In this document: positions 37,649 to 46,946 of the stretch, piece by piece
Layout of the letters: each line of letters starts with the position of its first letter
Position numbering within the stretch: the stretch's first letter is position 1
Source: Pedobacter sp.
GTDB taxonomy: Bacteria > Bacteroidota > Bacteroidia > Sphingobacteriales > Sphingobacteriaceae
Assembly (NCBI GenBank): GCA_043758305.1
Contig: JAYVNR010000098.1
Location: 1 to 46,946, forward strand
Length of the DNA: 46,946 nucleotides
Direction of reading: 5' to 3'
The notes under the pieces: model-generated
What the model was told of the DNA's origin: nothing
Seen by the model: the letters and a program-made list of their open reading frames with translations, nothing else
Databases searched by the model: none
Position numbers and translations under genes: made by a program

Positions 37649-38422
37649 ATGCTTAACATAAGTATGCAAACTGCCAAGAAAAATTTTATTGACTATTCTG
37701 TATTTACGGAACCACTAAGCTTATTGCCATCTAAACCGTCAATGCTTGTTAATACAATTAATCAATATTCATTTTGCATTGCCGAAAAAGATGCTGCTTT
37801 TAAAACTGCCTTGCAGGGATCCGATGTTTTGCTCCCCGATGGAGTTGCTATTGTAGGAGCAGTAAAGCTTTTAACAGGCGATAAAATAAAAAAGATAGCC
37901 GGGGCAGATATCCATCAATATTTATTAAAAAAGTTAGATAGCAACTATGGGAGCTGTTTTTATTTAGGAGCTACAGAAAAAACTCTTACAACAATAAAAG
38001 AAAAACTTTCTAAAGAGTATCCGAATATACGAGTAGGATCATTTTCTCCACCATATAAACAGACTTTTAGTGCTGAAGATAATGATCAAATGATTTTAGC
38101 CGTAAACCAATTCAAACCCGATGTGGTTTTTGTGGGCATGACAGCCCCTAAGCAGGAAAAGTGGTCATTTGAGCATAAAACTAAACTTAACACAAACATC
38201 ATATGCACTATAGGAGCAGTATTTGATTTTTATGCCGGCACAGTAACCCGTCCGGGAAATATTTGGATTAGTTTAGGATTGGAATGGTTCATAAGGTTAA
38301 TAAAAGAGCCTAAACGCTTATGGAGGCGTTATTTGTACTATGGCCCAATATTCATAGCTCTGATGATAAAAGAAAAGATTAAGCTGGTTTTTTCCGAACA
38401 ATATCCGGCTACAACTTCATAA
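37649..38422 (+). CDS. WecB/TagA/CpsF family glycosyltransferase (GT26)
   Basis: LLPDGVAIV, CFYLGA and PDVVFVGMTAPKQEKW motifs. The start may be the internal MQTAKK. Confidence 0.85.
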   Translation: MLNISMQTAKKNFIDYSVFTEPLSLLPSKPSMLVNTINQYSFCIAEKDAAFKTALQGSDVLLPDGVAIVGAVKLLTGDKIKKIAGADIHQYLLKKLDSNYGSCFYLGATEKTLTTIKEKLSKEYPNIRVGSFSPPYKQTFSAEDNDQMILAVNQFKPDVVFVGMTAPKQEKWSFEHKTKLNTNIICTIGAVFDFYAGTVTRPGNIWISLGLEWFIRLIKEPKRLWRRYLYYGPIFIALMIKEKIKLVFSEQYPATTS

Positions 38423-38423
38423 C

Positions 38424-41009
38424 TTAAATAATATGTACTACTTTCTGATAAAGTTGCGCATTGGCAGCACTAACAACTTTAACTAAATACATCCCCCTTA
38501 CCAGTTTAATGCTCCCCGCATCTACAGAATATTTTTGAGGCTCATTTGCTTTTATAAAACCGGAATAAATGTTCACAATAAGTTTCCCCTGTAAATCATA
38601 AAGGCTTAAAGCACTATTACCAGATACTGGCAATATAAGCTCTAAGATTAATTTATTATTGAAAGGATTGGGATAAGCTTTTAATTCCGCCTTGGTTTCT
38701 TTGTTAGAAATAATTGCACTTGAATTTGCCACTCCGCTTGCTACATTTAAAATTTTAGTGGTTGCCTTTGCTGGCTGATATTGTTCGTTGCCTGATTGGG
38801 TGGCTTCGATAACAACAGTTCCATATCCTTTAAATTTTACGGTTTTTCCATCTATTTCAGCCGGGCCAGATGCAATCTTTAATTCTACCGGCAAACCTGA
38901 ACTGGCTACAGAAACAACTTCCACAGGTGCACTTGCTATTGTGGTGCTTTCTGCCTGAGAAAATGTAATAGTTTGAGAAGCTTTTATTGTAGAGGTTGCA
39001 ACAGCTTTTTGATCTGATGCTATTAAAAGAACAGATGAATAAGGGTTGATAGAAATCTTATTAGTATAAATTTTGTTGTGGACGTCTATATAAGATTTGC
39101 TTAAAGCGATAGTTTTTACTGTACTTGTAGCATTATATTGAAAAAGGATATAATTATCTATGCTGTTTGCAGGTATAGATTGCTGTGTTTTTACAGAATG
39201 CTGGTCTTTATTATAAGCGGCTTTCCATCCCGCAAGATCATAAGACTTATTTACATTAGTCCCGTTTTTTACAATATAAGCTGTGATATTGGCAAGCTCA
39301 TTAACAGGCCTGAAATAAAAATTGCTATCTAATGATCCAAATGAAGCAATATCATCTTGCTGAGTAGATAATTTTGAAGTAAGCTGTGTTCCAATTTTTG
39401 AAAAGAATATATTGCTTTTAATATCAATATTCCTAATATTAGTGCTTGTTGATGAATAATGATCTTGTTCAAGCCTTAGTTGTACACCGTTGTTATAAAC
39501 TGTATTGTTGTAAATATTAACGTATTGAGCATCATGAATTTTAATTCCATTATTTGAGCACATAGAAACTGTATTGCCTGCTACTGTTACACTTTCGCTT
39601 AAATCATCAATGTATATGCCTTCAGCAGCCAGGTATGATGCATTTGTGCCTTGAGAATTTCCAATCCCATTCAATACAATGTTGCCAATAATCTCCTTGT
39701 TGGAACTTTTAAACCAATCTCCCACATAAATTCCCGCCCCATCATCTTTTGTTAAGCAAAAATTATTGATGAAGTTATTTTTAACAGAAGCAGAATTACC
39801 ACCAAAATATATACCGTTATAGCCAGTGCTGTCAATATTGTTTTTTTCAATCTTAGCATTGGCACCAAATGAGGTAATTGCGATATTAGTGCCCGAAACA
39901 CTCTTGCCTAAGCCTACAATAAGACCTGTATTTTTAATTGTATTGTTCTTTATAATTGCATTTGTGCATCCATCATCGATGTGCATACCGCTGTTTAAAG
40001 AATGGTTGATTACAGAATTTTCAAGCTTAAAATCTGGTGAATAAGAAACTGAGAAAGCATCGGTTCCTGTTATGTTAGTAACACAGTTCTTAATTGTAAC
40101 CCCTTTTGAATTAACGATATTAAAGGCATTGATTGATGCGCCTAAAAACTCAATGTTGTCAAATGAAACATTATTAGAACGCCGGATGTCTACTAAATTT
40201 GTACCTGAGCTTGTTTTAACATGATAAGATGAAGGGTCTTTAGAGCCGAAAAATACCATCATTGTTTTTCTTGAAGCATCAAAATACCACTCGCCGAATT
40301 GATCTAATGTTTTTTCGCTATTCTGAATAAAATAACCATATCCATTAGTAGGTGCATCTTTGCTTCCTGCCTCATAATTAAGAGTATTTCCAGAGTGTTG
40401 AGTCACTAATCTCCTATCAATAGTCCATCTGTTTTTCCTTATAACAACTTCTGCTCCTGTCCAATTTATGGAAGCTGATAATTGATTATCGGTTATAGAA
40501 GAATTGCCAGAATGAGATTCGTATGAAAGATAGCCTGTATTCGGATAACGCCCCATCCCCTGTTGAGAACCGTTTATTATCAGGCTAGTTCCATCTGTAT
40601 TGCACAAAGCCTCATATATACCGCCCCCTACAGATTTCCAGGAAGTAAGAGGAATCAAACCGCTTATAACAGGTTTGCTGCCACTGCCATAAGCACCAAA
40701 AGAAATCGAAGAATGAGTTAATACAATAAATCCATCAAATATATCCCCTCTTTTAAATAAAATGGAATCCCCAGGAGCCATGCTCAAGAAAAAAGAATTA
40801 AGCTTGCTTAAAGTTTTCCAGGGAGTGTGTTGATTTTGAGCCTGGATGATGCTATTTTGATCATTCCCAATTGATGAAGAAAAATAATAATTAGCAGAAT
40901 AAGAATACTTTGGTAGCACAAAAAAAGCTCCAATCAATAATATAAATAGAAACTGGCTTGCTTTTTGGTATGCGGCAACAAAACGTGTTACAGATAATTT
41001 GCTTTTCAT
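38424..41009 (-). CDS. Large secreted parallel beta-helix protein with Ig-like region and T9SS C-terminal sorting domain
   Basis: Signal peptide. NYYFSS..G.D cap, many N.I..N beta-helix turns and an Ig-like segment. C-terminus: KAYPNPFNNKLILEL..LSLYDLQGKLIV..GMYLVKVV (Por/T9SS CTD pattern). Confidence 0.85.
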   Translation of the reverse strand: MKSKLSVTRFVAAYQKASQFLFILLIGAFFVLPKYSYSANYYFSSSIGNDQNSIIQAQNQHTPWKTLSKLNSFFLSMAPGDSILFKRGDIFDGFIVLTHSSISFGAYGSGSKPVISGLIPLTSWKSVGGGIYEALCNTDGTSLIINGSQQGMGRYPNTGYLSYESHSGNSSITDNQLSASINWTGAEVVIRKNRWTIDRRLVTQHSGNTLNYEAGSKDAPTNGYGYFIQNSEKTLDQFGEWYFDASRKTMMVFFGSKDPSSYHVKTSSGTNLVDIRRSNNVSFDNIEFLGASINAFNIVNSKGVTIKNCVTNITGTDAFSVSYSPDFKLENSVINHSLNSGMHIDDGCTNAIIKNNTIKNTGLIVGLGKSVSGTNIAITSFGANAKIEKNNIDSTGYNGIYFGGNSASVKNNFINNFCLTKDDGAGIYVGDWFKSSNKEIIGNIVLNGIGNSQGTNASYLAAEGIYIDDLSESVTVAGNTVSMCSNNGIKIHDAQYVNIYNNTVYNNGVQLRLEQDHYSSTSTNIRNIDIKSNIFFSKIGTQLTSKLSTQQDDIASFGSLDSNFYFRPVNELANITAYIVKNGTNVNKSYDLAGWKAAYNKDQHSVKTQQSIPANSIDNYILFQYNATSTVKTIALSKSYIDVHNKIYTNKISINPYSSVLLIASDQKAVATSTIKASQTITFSQAESTTIASAPVEVVSVASSGLPVELKIASGPAEIDGKTVKFKGYGTVVIEATQSGNEQYQPAKATTKILNVASGVANSSAIISNKETKAELKAYPNPFNNKLILELILPVSGNSALSLYDLQGKLIVNIYSGFIKANEPQKYSVDAGSIKLVRGMYLVKVVSAANAQLYQKVVHII

Positions 41010-41450
41010 ATTTACTCTACTTTAAATTAAATGCTACAGCCTGAAACTGTTTATTTTAAATCAAAAAGATATAACGAGAAGCAATAAAAGAAGAGATACA
41101 AGAAAATTTCCCACTATTAGTGCAGAAATTATTGTTGAGTTTGAAGCATGTCCCACGATGCTTATGTTTTTCTGTTCTTTCAATTGCTAGACGATAATAG
41201 ATGTTAACTCAAATATACAACAGTTTGTTCTAAAAAAATAACAAACTGTCCCCAATAACATACTTTATGCTTTTAATCTGTATAGCAATTGCTACAAAAC
41301 CTCTTATTGGATAAATTGAGGGCATATTATTCTTGATTAAGATTTGATTGATTGCTTTAGAATGACATTAATCTCATTGCTATAAGATTTATAAGAGATG
41401 TAAACAAACAATTAATCCACAATAGCTATTTATTAAAAAATCAAAATGCC

Positions 41451-44036
41451 ATGCTTGCCAATTGTTTTATACAGCCTTTAGAGAAATGCTATCTTCAAAC
41501 TGAAAAAGATAATTATACCTACGGATGGCTTAGAGATAGGATTCAAAAAATAACTTTCGTGTTCCAACAATTTAATGTTGGTATAAATGACAGGATAATC
41601 CTATCTACTACCAATGAAGCTGAGATAAGTGCAATATTTCTTGCAGCCTTAAACCAAGGTATAGGTGTAATTGTGGTTGATAATGATACCAAAACTCCAC
41701 GGGTTGAAGCAATTGTAGATAAAGTTGACCCTAAGCTGATTATAGCAGATGCAGGCCTTATAGCAAGCTGGGAATTAAAAAATACTGCTACCTCTACTCT
41801 TATATCTATTGATAGCCTAGCTCTTGATCAAACTGATCTTGACCAGTATTTCGATCTTATAGATAACGCATCCGATATAACTATTGAAGTTAAAGAATAC
41901 CCCGATTCACTTGCTTATATAATGTTTACTTCGGGCACTACTTCAGATCCTAAAGGTGTTGCCATATCACAAACAAACCTTGTAACCCATTTAACAACCT
42001 TACAAAATGTTTATGGACTTACGGCTGATAGCTTACTTCTTAACCAGTTAATTCTGTCTCATGCAGATGGATTGATCCAGGGGCCTGTATTAGCTGCGTT
42101 TGTGGGATGTACCTGGCATCGCCCTTTTGGATTTTCAATAAATACCGTGTCAACGCTATTGCAATATATATATACAAAAGACATAACCCATTTTATTGCT
42201 GTGCCAACCATGTTGCATTTCCTGGTGCATAATTCCGAAGGGCATGAGAACAGCTTCCATAATCCTAAATTCCAATTAATTATATCAGTATCTGCCAATC
42301 TTAACAAAAGCCTATGGGATATTTTTGAAGAGACTTTTAAGGTTAGCCTTAGCAATGTATACGGTTTAACGGAAACAGTTGCAGGAAGCCTATTTTGCGT
42401 CCCATTAAATAATAATTATAAAAAATATACAGTGGGAAAGGCAGTAGATTGCTTTACTAAGATCATTGATGAGAATGGCAATTTGGTGCCTTCAGGAGAA
42501 TCCGGGCAATTATGCTTGAAAGGTGACCATATTATGCGGGGCTACTGGAAAAACCAGGAGAAAACCGATGAAGCCATAAAAGACGGTTGGCTATATTCTG
42601 GGGACAGGGCCATACAGGATGAGGATGGTTTTATCACGATAGTTGGAAGAATTAAGAGCGAGATAATTTCAGGGGGCATGAATATCCAGCCTCAGGAAAT
42701 TACAGAATGCATATTATATCACGAAAAAGTATTCGATGCTTTTGCCTTTGCATTGCCTGATGAAATATTAGGTGAAAAACTTGCTTTGGCAATAGTTCCG
42801 CAAAAAGGAGAATCTCTAACCAAACAGGATATTATTGCTTACTGCACCCAAAAACTTGAAAAAAAGTTAGTACCACAAGAAGTGTACATTTTAAATGAGT
42901 TGCCAAAGGGAATATCCGGCAAGGTTCAAATAGAAAAATTAAAAGATATATGTAAAACTATTCATAATAATGCTTCAAATACACCATCCACCGGAGAAAG
43001 CAATATCCTGAATATTATTTTCGAAATTTATAACAAGCCACTGTCGCAACTTTCGCTAGATTCTGATTTCTTCGATTTAGGAGGAGATTCTATGCTTGCG
43101 GCTCTTTTCATTGCCAAAGTTGAACAGGTTTACAAGGTAAGATTGCAGTTTCGGGAGATTTATAAAACTTCAAACCTCAAAGAACTTGACGCACTAATTG
43201 TAAAGCTGCAATCTAAAGAAAGCTTTGCTGAACAGGAAATCCAACGCATAAAGCCTCAGGTTTACCCTTTAAGCGAGGGAGAAAAAAACACTAAAATAAT
43301 TATTGTAGCAAATGATTATTACGAGATACATGAGCTAGCCGATCATTTAACAGAAACTTACGATTGCTATTTTGTGCAATACCCCATTACTTTTAAATAT
43401 GCTGATAATAAAAAGAAGGGGATTAATAAAATACCAACCGTAAACCAAATCTCTCAGGAGATTATAGAATTATTGAAAAACAATCAGCTTATTGATGATA
43501 GAACATTATTTATGGGCTTCTCTTTTGGAGGCCTTGTAGCTTTTGAAATAGCACGGCTGTTAAATATTCATGCTAGGGTTAAACATAAAGTTATACTGAT
43601 AGATGCAATAGTTTCAGATTTGCGGTTCCCGCTCCTTACAAGATATCTAATTAAAGTTAGAAGAAAGATTGATACTATATCTTCAAATTTTGAACCTAAA
43701 AAAGCATCCATCGATAACCACGCAAAAAAGCATTTAATGACATTTGTGAAAAGCCATAGCAATTTTAAAAATGAATACATGTCTTTGGCTAAAGAAATAG
43801 AGGATGATTATATACCAGATGAAATTGAAGATGGCGTTGTTGTATTGATAACAAGCGAAACCAATGAAGCAAAGGAAGAAAATATACGATATTGGAAAAA
43901 CAAGGTAAAATGCGGCTTGCTGGTAATAGAAGCTAAGGGAAATCATAGAATGTGCTTATTAAACCCAGAGTTAAGCAAATGGGTATTTAAGCTAACCCAC
44001 TTATTGAAAGCATTGACAGGAGTTTCTGCCGCTTAG
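41451..44036 (+). CDS. Stand-alone NRPS-like tridomain enzyme: adenylation (ANL) - carrier protein - thioesterase
   Basis: Adenylation domain: FTSGTTSDPKGV (A3), NVYGLTET (A5), YSGDRA..DEDGFITIVGRIK (A7/A8), PKGISGKVQ (A10 Lys). Carrier domain: FFDLGGDSMLA, Ser547 at codon 43089-43091. Thioesterase: GFSFGG (Ser691, 43521-43523) and C-terminal GNHRM. No condensation domain. Confidence 0.85.
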   Translation: MLANCFIQPLEKCYLQTEKDNYTYGWLRDRIQKITFVFQQFNVGINDRIILSTTNEAEISAIFLAALNQGIGVIVVDNDTKTPRVEAIVDKVDPKLIIADAGLIASWELKNTATSTLISIDSLALDQTDLDQYFDLIDNASDITIEVKEYPDSLAYIMFTSGTTSDPKGVAISQTNLVTHLTTLQNVYGLTADSLLLNQLILSHADGLIQGPVLAAFVGCTWHRPFGFSINTVSTLLQYIYTKDITHFIAVPTMLHFLVHNSEGHENSFHNPKFQLIISVSANLNKSLWDIFEETFKVSLSNVYGLTETVAGSLFCVPLNNNYKKYTVGKAVDCFTKIIDENGNLVPSGESGQLCLKGDHIMRGYWKNQEKTDEAIKDGWLYSGDRAIQDEDGFITIVGRIKSEIISGGMNIQPQEITECILYHEKVFDAFAFALPDEILGEKLALAIVPQKGESLTKQDIIAYCTQKLEKKLVPQEVYILNELPKGISGKVQIEKLKDICKTIHNNASNTPSTGESNILNIIFEIYNKPLSQLSLDSDFFDLGGDSMLAALFIAKVEQVYKVRLQFREIYKTSNLKELDALIVKLQSKESFAEQEIQRIKPQVYPLSEGEKNTKIIIVANDYYEIHELADHLTETYDCYFVQYPITFKYADNKKKGINKIPTVNQISQEIIELLKNNQLIDDRTLFMGFSFGGLVAFEIARLLNIHARVKHKVILIDAIVSDLRFPLLTRYLIKVRRKIDTISSNFEPKKASIDNHAKKHLMTFVKSHSNFKNEYMSLAKEIEDDYIPDEIEDGVVVLITSETNEAKEENIRYWKNKVKCGLLVIEAKGNHRMCLLNPELSKWVFKLTHLLKALTGVSAA

Positions 44037-44039
44037 AAA

Positions 44040-44753
44040 ATGATATTTCTAAGTAAGCTTGAAAAGCTGACCCCCGATATTCGAACTTATTTGTTGGCTA
44101 ATTATTTATCCGGCGACGAATCTGCCAAAGCATTAAAATTACAGGATACAATACAGGCAGATAGCTATATCCAATCTCATGCATTTCTGCGCAAGGCACT
44201 TTCCAATATCTTGAATACCCAACCCCTTTCCCTGAAATTTTATACTAATACCTGGGGGAAACCATTTCTGCAAAATTGGCCCAATATCCATTTCAATCTT
44301 TCTCATACATTTGGAATGGCGGCGCTTATTGTGAATAAAACATATTGCGGTATTGATGTAGAATGGATTAAAGAACAAAATATTGAACTTATTAAAAATG
44401 TGGTATATCATCCGGATGAACTCGCAAATGAAAAGCTATTGAAAAAGAGGCCTGAAATGCTTTCTAATTTTTATCGTATTTGGGTTATAAAAGAAGCTTT
44501 TTTAAAAACCTTGGGCACAGGCTTATCTACCGATCCCACCTCGCTTAAAGTGATACATATAAAAAGCAATCAATATAAGGTACAAGGCGGGGAAAATGGT
44601 TTAATAGATGCAAAAATCATTTACAGCCAGTTTCAGGATTGGGCAATGGCGTATTCTATTTCAGCAGACGAAATCAATGGGCCTACAAAAGAAAATCCTA
44701 TCCAATGGGTTTCAGTACCGGATTGCTCAATAAACAAAATCACCTATAGCTGA
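44040..44753 (+). CDS. Sfp-type 4'-phosphopantetheinyl transferase
   Basis: FNLSHT, GIDVEWI and WVIKEAFLKTLGTGL are the canonical PPTase motifs. The gene starts 3 nt after the A-T-TE stop. Confidence 0.85.
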   Translation: MIFLSKLEKLTPDIRTYLLANYLSGDESAKALKLQDTIQADSYIQSHAFLRKALSNILNTQPLSLKFYTNTWGKPFLQNWPNIHFNLSHTFGMAALIVNKTYCGIDVEWIKEQNIELIKNVVYHPDELANEKLLKKRPEMLSNFYRIWVIKEAFLKTLGTGLSTDPTSLKVIHIKSNQYKVQGGENGLIDAKIIYSQFQDWAMAYSISADEINGPTKENPIQWVSVPDCSINKITYS

Positions 44754-45942
44754 AATGCAGGCCATAACTTTCTTCATCTAAAACATCTTTCCACTCGCTT
44801 ATCAGCTTTTTATAAGCCTCGCCTACTGGCCGAATTTTCCTATCCATATCAAAAAGCCCCATTTCATTAACCTTGCCAGCATTTGAGCGAAGGGCAGTAT
44901 CCCAATCTACCTGATCAATAAGGCTATACCAAGTAAAACCTACAATGGGGAAACCGTCCTGCTTAAACCTGTAAAGGTTTGCCCACTCCTTTTTAAGCCA
45001 GTTTACCGAATATGGCTCGGCGATATTAGTTTCGGTGTGCATTACCGGCAAATTATATCGATTATAATATTGGTGGGTAATAATATAATATCCAAATATT
45101 TCTCCCGCAGCAGATGTGCTTCCATCGGCATGCACCATATGTTCGTTGGTAATATAATAATCATTGCCCATGATACAGTTGGCTTTGATATAGCTTTTTT
45201 CAAACCATTGATATTCTTCATCTGTCATTCCATTTTCCAACAAATACTTATACATAGGCACGTTTACCGGATGCCCGTAAGACAAATCAAGGGAGAGGAA
45301 GCGCTTTTCATTTAAAAAGTCGGCCTGTTGCCTGCAAGAAGGGTCTTCCGCATGAAAATATTCTGAGGATTCGCTTTGGATGAAAGTAGCTTCGGGAGAA
45401 ACTTCCAGAATGGCCTGCATGGCGAGTACGTTGGCTTTGCATAGATTTTTTAAAGCTGTAACGAAAGCTCTGTCGCTGCTTAAGCTTTCATTCCACCAAC
45501 CGTACTGGGCAGAAAAAGTAGCAGCAATAAAAATCTCATTAACTGGGGTAAAAAATTGGAGATGTGGATATCTGGCGGCAAATGCTTTAGCATACTCTGC
45601 AAAATACTGTGGCCAATCTGCGTTTTGAAAATCCCCTATCCAGTCTGGCACACCAAAATGGCATAAATCAACCAAGGGGACTATGCCTAATCGTTCCAAT
45701 TCTGTAAAAGTTTCATCAGAAAAAGACCAGTCATATTTCCCGGGCGCTAAATGAGTCTTATAATAGGGTGGCCCGTAGCGCAAAAATTCTATGCCCATTT
45801 CTTTAACTAATGCAAAATCTTCCTTCCACAATTTGTAATGGCCACATTTTTCCATTTCATCAATCCGTATCTTTTTTCCATCAATCAGAATTGTTGGATA
45901 GCTGTTTTCTATACCGGTAGCAAACATGAACTTATTCCTCAT
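44740..45942 (-). CDS. Glycoside hydrolase, GH1-like (clan GH-A TIM barrel)
   Basis: 400 aa. FMFATGIENSYP N-terminus, a FTPVNE acid/base-type motif and a MHTETN nucleophile-type motif. Exact family not verifiable here. Confidence 0.65.
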   Translation of the reverse strand: MRNKFMFATGIENSYPTILIDGKKIRIDEMEKCGHYKLWKEDFALVKEMGIEFLRYGPPYYKTHLAPGKYDWSFSDETFTELERLGIVPLVDLCHFGVPDWIGDFQNADWPQYFAEYAKAFAARYPHLQFFTPVNEIFIAATFSAQYGWWNESLSSDRAFVTALKNLCKANVLAMQAILEVSPEATFIQSESSEYFHAEDPSCRQQADFLNEKRFLSLDLSYGHPVNVPMYKYLLENGMTDEEYQWFEKSYIKANCIMGNDYYITNEHMVHADGSTSAAGEIFGYYIITHQYYNRYNLPVMHTETNIAEPYSVNWLKKEWANLYRFKQDGFPIVGFTWYSLIDQVDWDTALRSNAGKVNEMGLFDMDRKIRPVGEAYKKLISEWKDVLDEESYGLHFSYR

Positions 45943-45962
45943 ATCACAAATTAAAGATTAGG

Positions 45963-46691
45963 TTAAAGTATATCAAGCCTGCCACCATCAACAATTAAAG
46001 TAGTGCCATTAATATATACGGCCTCATCAGAAGCAAGAAAGCAAATTGCCGCAGCCAGATTCTCTGGCTTGCCAACAGCACCCTCTATTTTTTCTTTCCC
46101 GCTTTTTACATTTGGGTTAGACCATAGCATTGGAGTATCTATAGCACCGGGCGCTACTGCATTAAAGCGTGCCTGGGTAGCGGGATACTCCAAGCTTAAA
46201 CCTCTTGTAAAAGCCTCTAATGCTCCTTTACTTGCAGCGTAAGGCAGCACATTAGGCGTAGTTTGATGCCCATGGACTGAACTGATATTTATAACCGCAG
46301 CGCCTTTCATGTAGGGGAGGGAATATTTGCAAAATAAAAAGGCAGATCTAAGATTTACAGCCATAAGCTGGTCCCATTCTTCAATCTCAAGTTCTATAAT
46401 GGGCTTAAATGTCATCATAGCGGCATTATTAACAATTACATCAATTCTTCCATACGTATCAATTACAGTCTTGATGCATTTCTCAATTTGATCTGGAAAG
46501 CCAATATCAGCTTTAATGTACTGAGCTCGGCCATTGTTTTCCTTAATAAGCCCAACGGTTTGAGCACCTTCTTCGTCATTTCTTCCAACAACAATAACTA
46601 TAGCTCCTTCGGCCCCAAATTGCAGGCATGTTGCTTTTCCTATCCCAGAAGTGCCTCCGGTTACAAGGCAAACTTTATTTTCAAATCGCAT
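45963..46691 (-). CDS. Short-chain dehydrogenase/reductase (FabG-like)
   Basis: TGGTSGIGKA, NNAA and S..(13)..YAASKGAL catalytic motifs, plus PGAIDTPM. Confidence 0.9.
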   Translation of the reverse strand: MRFENKVCLVTGGTSGIGKATCLQFGAEGAIVIVVGRNDEEGAQTVGLIKENNGRAQYIKADIGFPDQIEKCIKTVIDTYGRIDVIVNNAAMMTFKPIIELEIEEWDQLMAVNLRSAFLFCKYSLPYMKGAAVINISSVHGHQTTPNVLPYAASKGALEAFTRGLSLEYPATQARFNAVAPGAIDTPMLWSNPNVKSGKEKIEGAVGKPENLAAAICFLASDEAVYINGTTLIVDGGRLDIL

Positions 46692-46793
46692 GGGTTATTT
46701 CTTTAGGGCATAACCTTCAGAAAATAAATCTGTTTGAAATTTCTGTAACCGCTTGGCTAAAACTTCGTAGAAATATTAAAAAAAAATAAATTA

Positions 46794-46946
46794 TGGAAAA
46801 CAGGCTCGCTGTTAATGTAAGCTCACCTAAAAAAGCTTATACTTTAAAATCAGTATATATTACGATGATAAGCATGTACATCCCTCTTTTAGGCATTATT
46901 TGCATAATCTTTTTTAACAAAAAAGCGGAATTAAATTCAGGATTTG
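46794..46946 (+). CDS. Possible 5' end of a membrane-protein gene running off the window
   Basis: ATG at 46794 opens a frame with no stop to the window end (MENRLAVNVSSPKKAYTLKSVYITMISMYIPLLGIICIIFF...). Only 51 codons are visible. Confidence 0.25.

Overview
The window is a chromosomal segment that looks like Bacteroidota, probably Sphingobacteriia-like. Reasons: AT-rich sequence, no Shine-Dalgarno sites, TAnnTTTG-type -7 boxes, and a T9SS C-terminal sorting domain. All family calls come from motif recognition in the supplied translations; no database search was possible.

Gene content, left to right:
- A photolyase 3' fragment.
- A minus-strand urease operon, ureA-ureB-ureC-ureE-ureF-ureG-ureD-Ni transporter. 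It is interrupted twice: by three tandem 104-bp hairpin repeats between ureB and ureC, and by a HicB/HicA toxin-antitoxin pair between ureF and ureG.
- A di-haem cytochrome c peroxidase, purN and an AI-2E transporter.
- metH-metF behind a SAM-I riboswitch. A four-helix-bundle (23S rRNA IVS-protein family) gene flanked by 33-bp inverted repeats fills the whole metH-metF junction.
- A BI-1 family protein, murQ, an S41 peptidase, der, era, tRNA-fMet and tRNA-Glu.
- A membrane protein / wHTH regulator / membrane protein trio that shares a palindromic site.
- A roughly 16-kb AT-rich Wzx/Wzy-type exopolysaccharide locus, bracketed by two secreted beta-helix proteins.
- A stand-alone NRPS-like A-T-TE enzyme with its own Sfp-type PPTase, then convergent GH1-like and SDR genes.

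No transposase, integrase, phage or CRISPR-cas genes were seen.

The strongest candidates for something undescribed are:
- the A-T-TE/PPTase module next to the EPS locus;
- the TA pair translationally coupled into the urease operon;
- the IVS-like inverted-repeat cassette between metH and metF;
- the hairpin repeat family found in and near operons.
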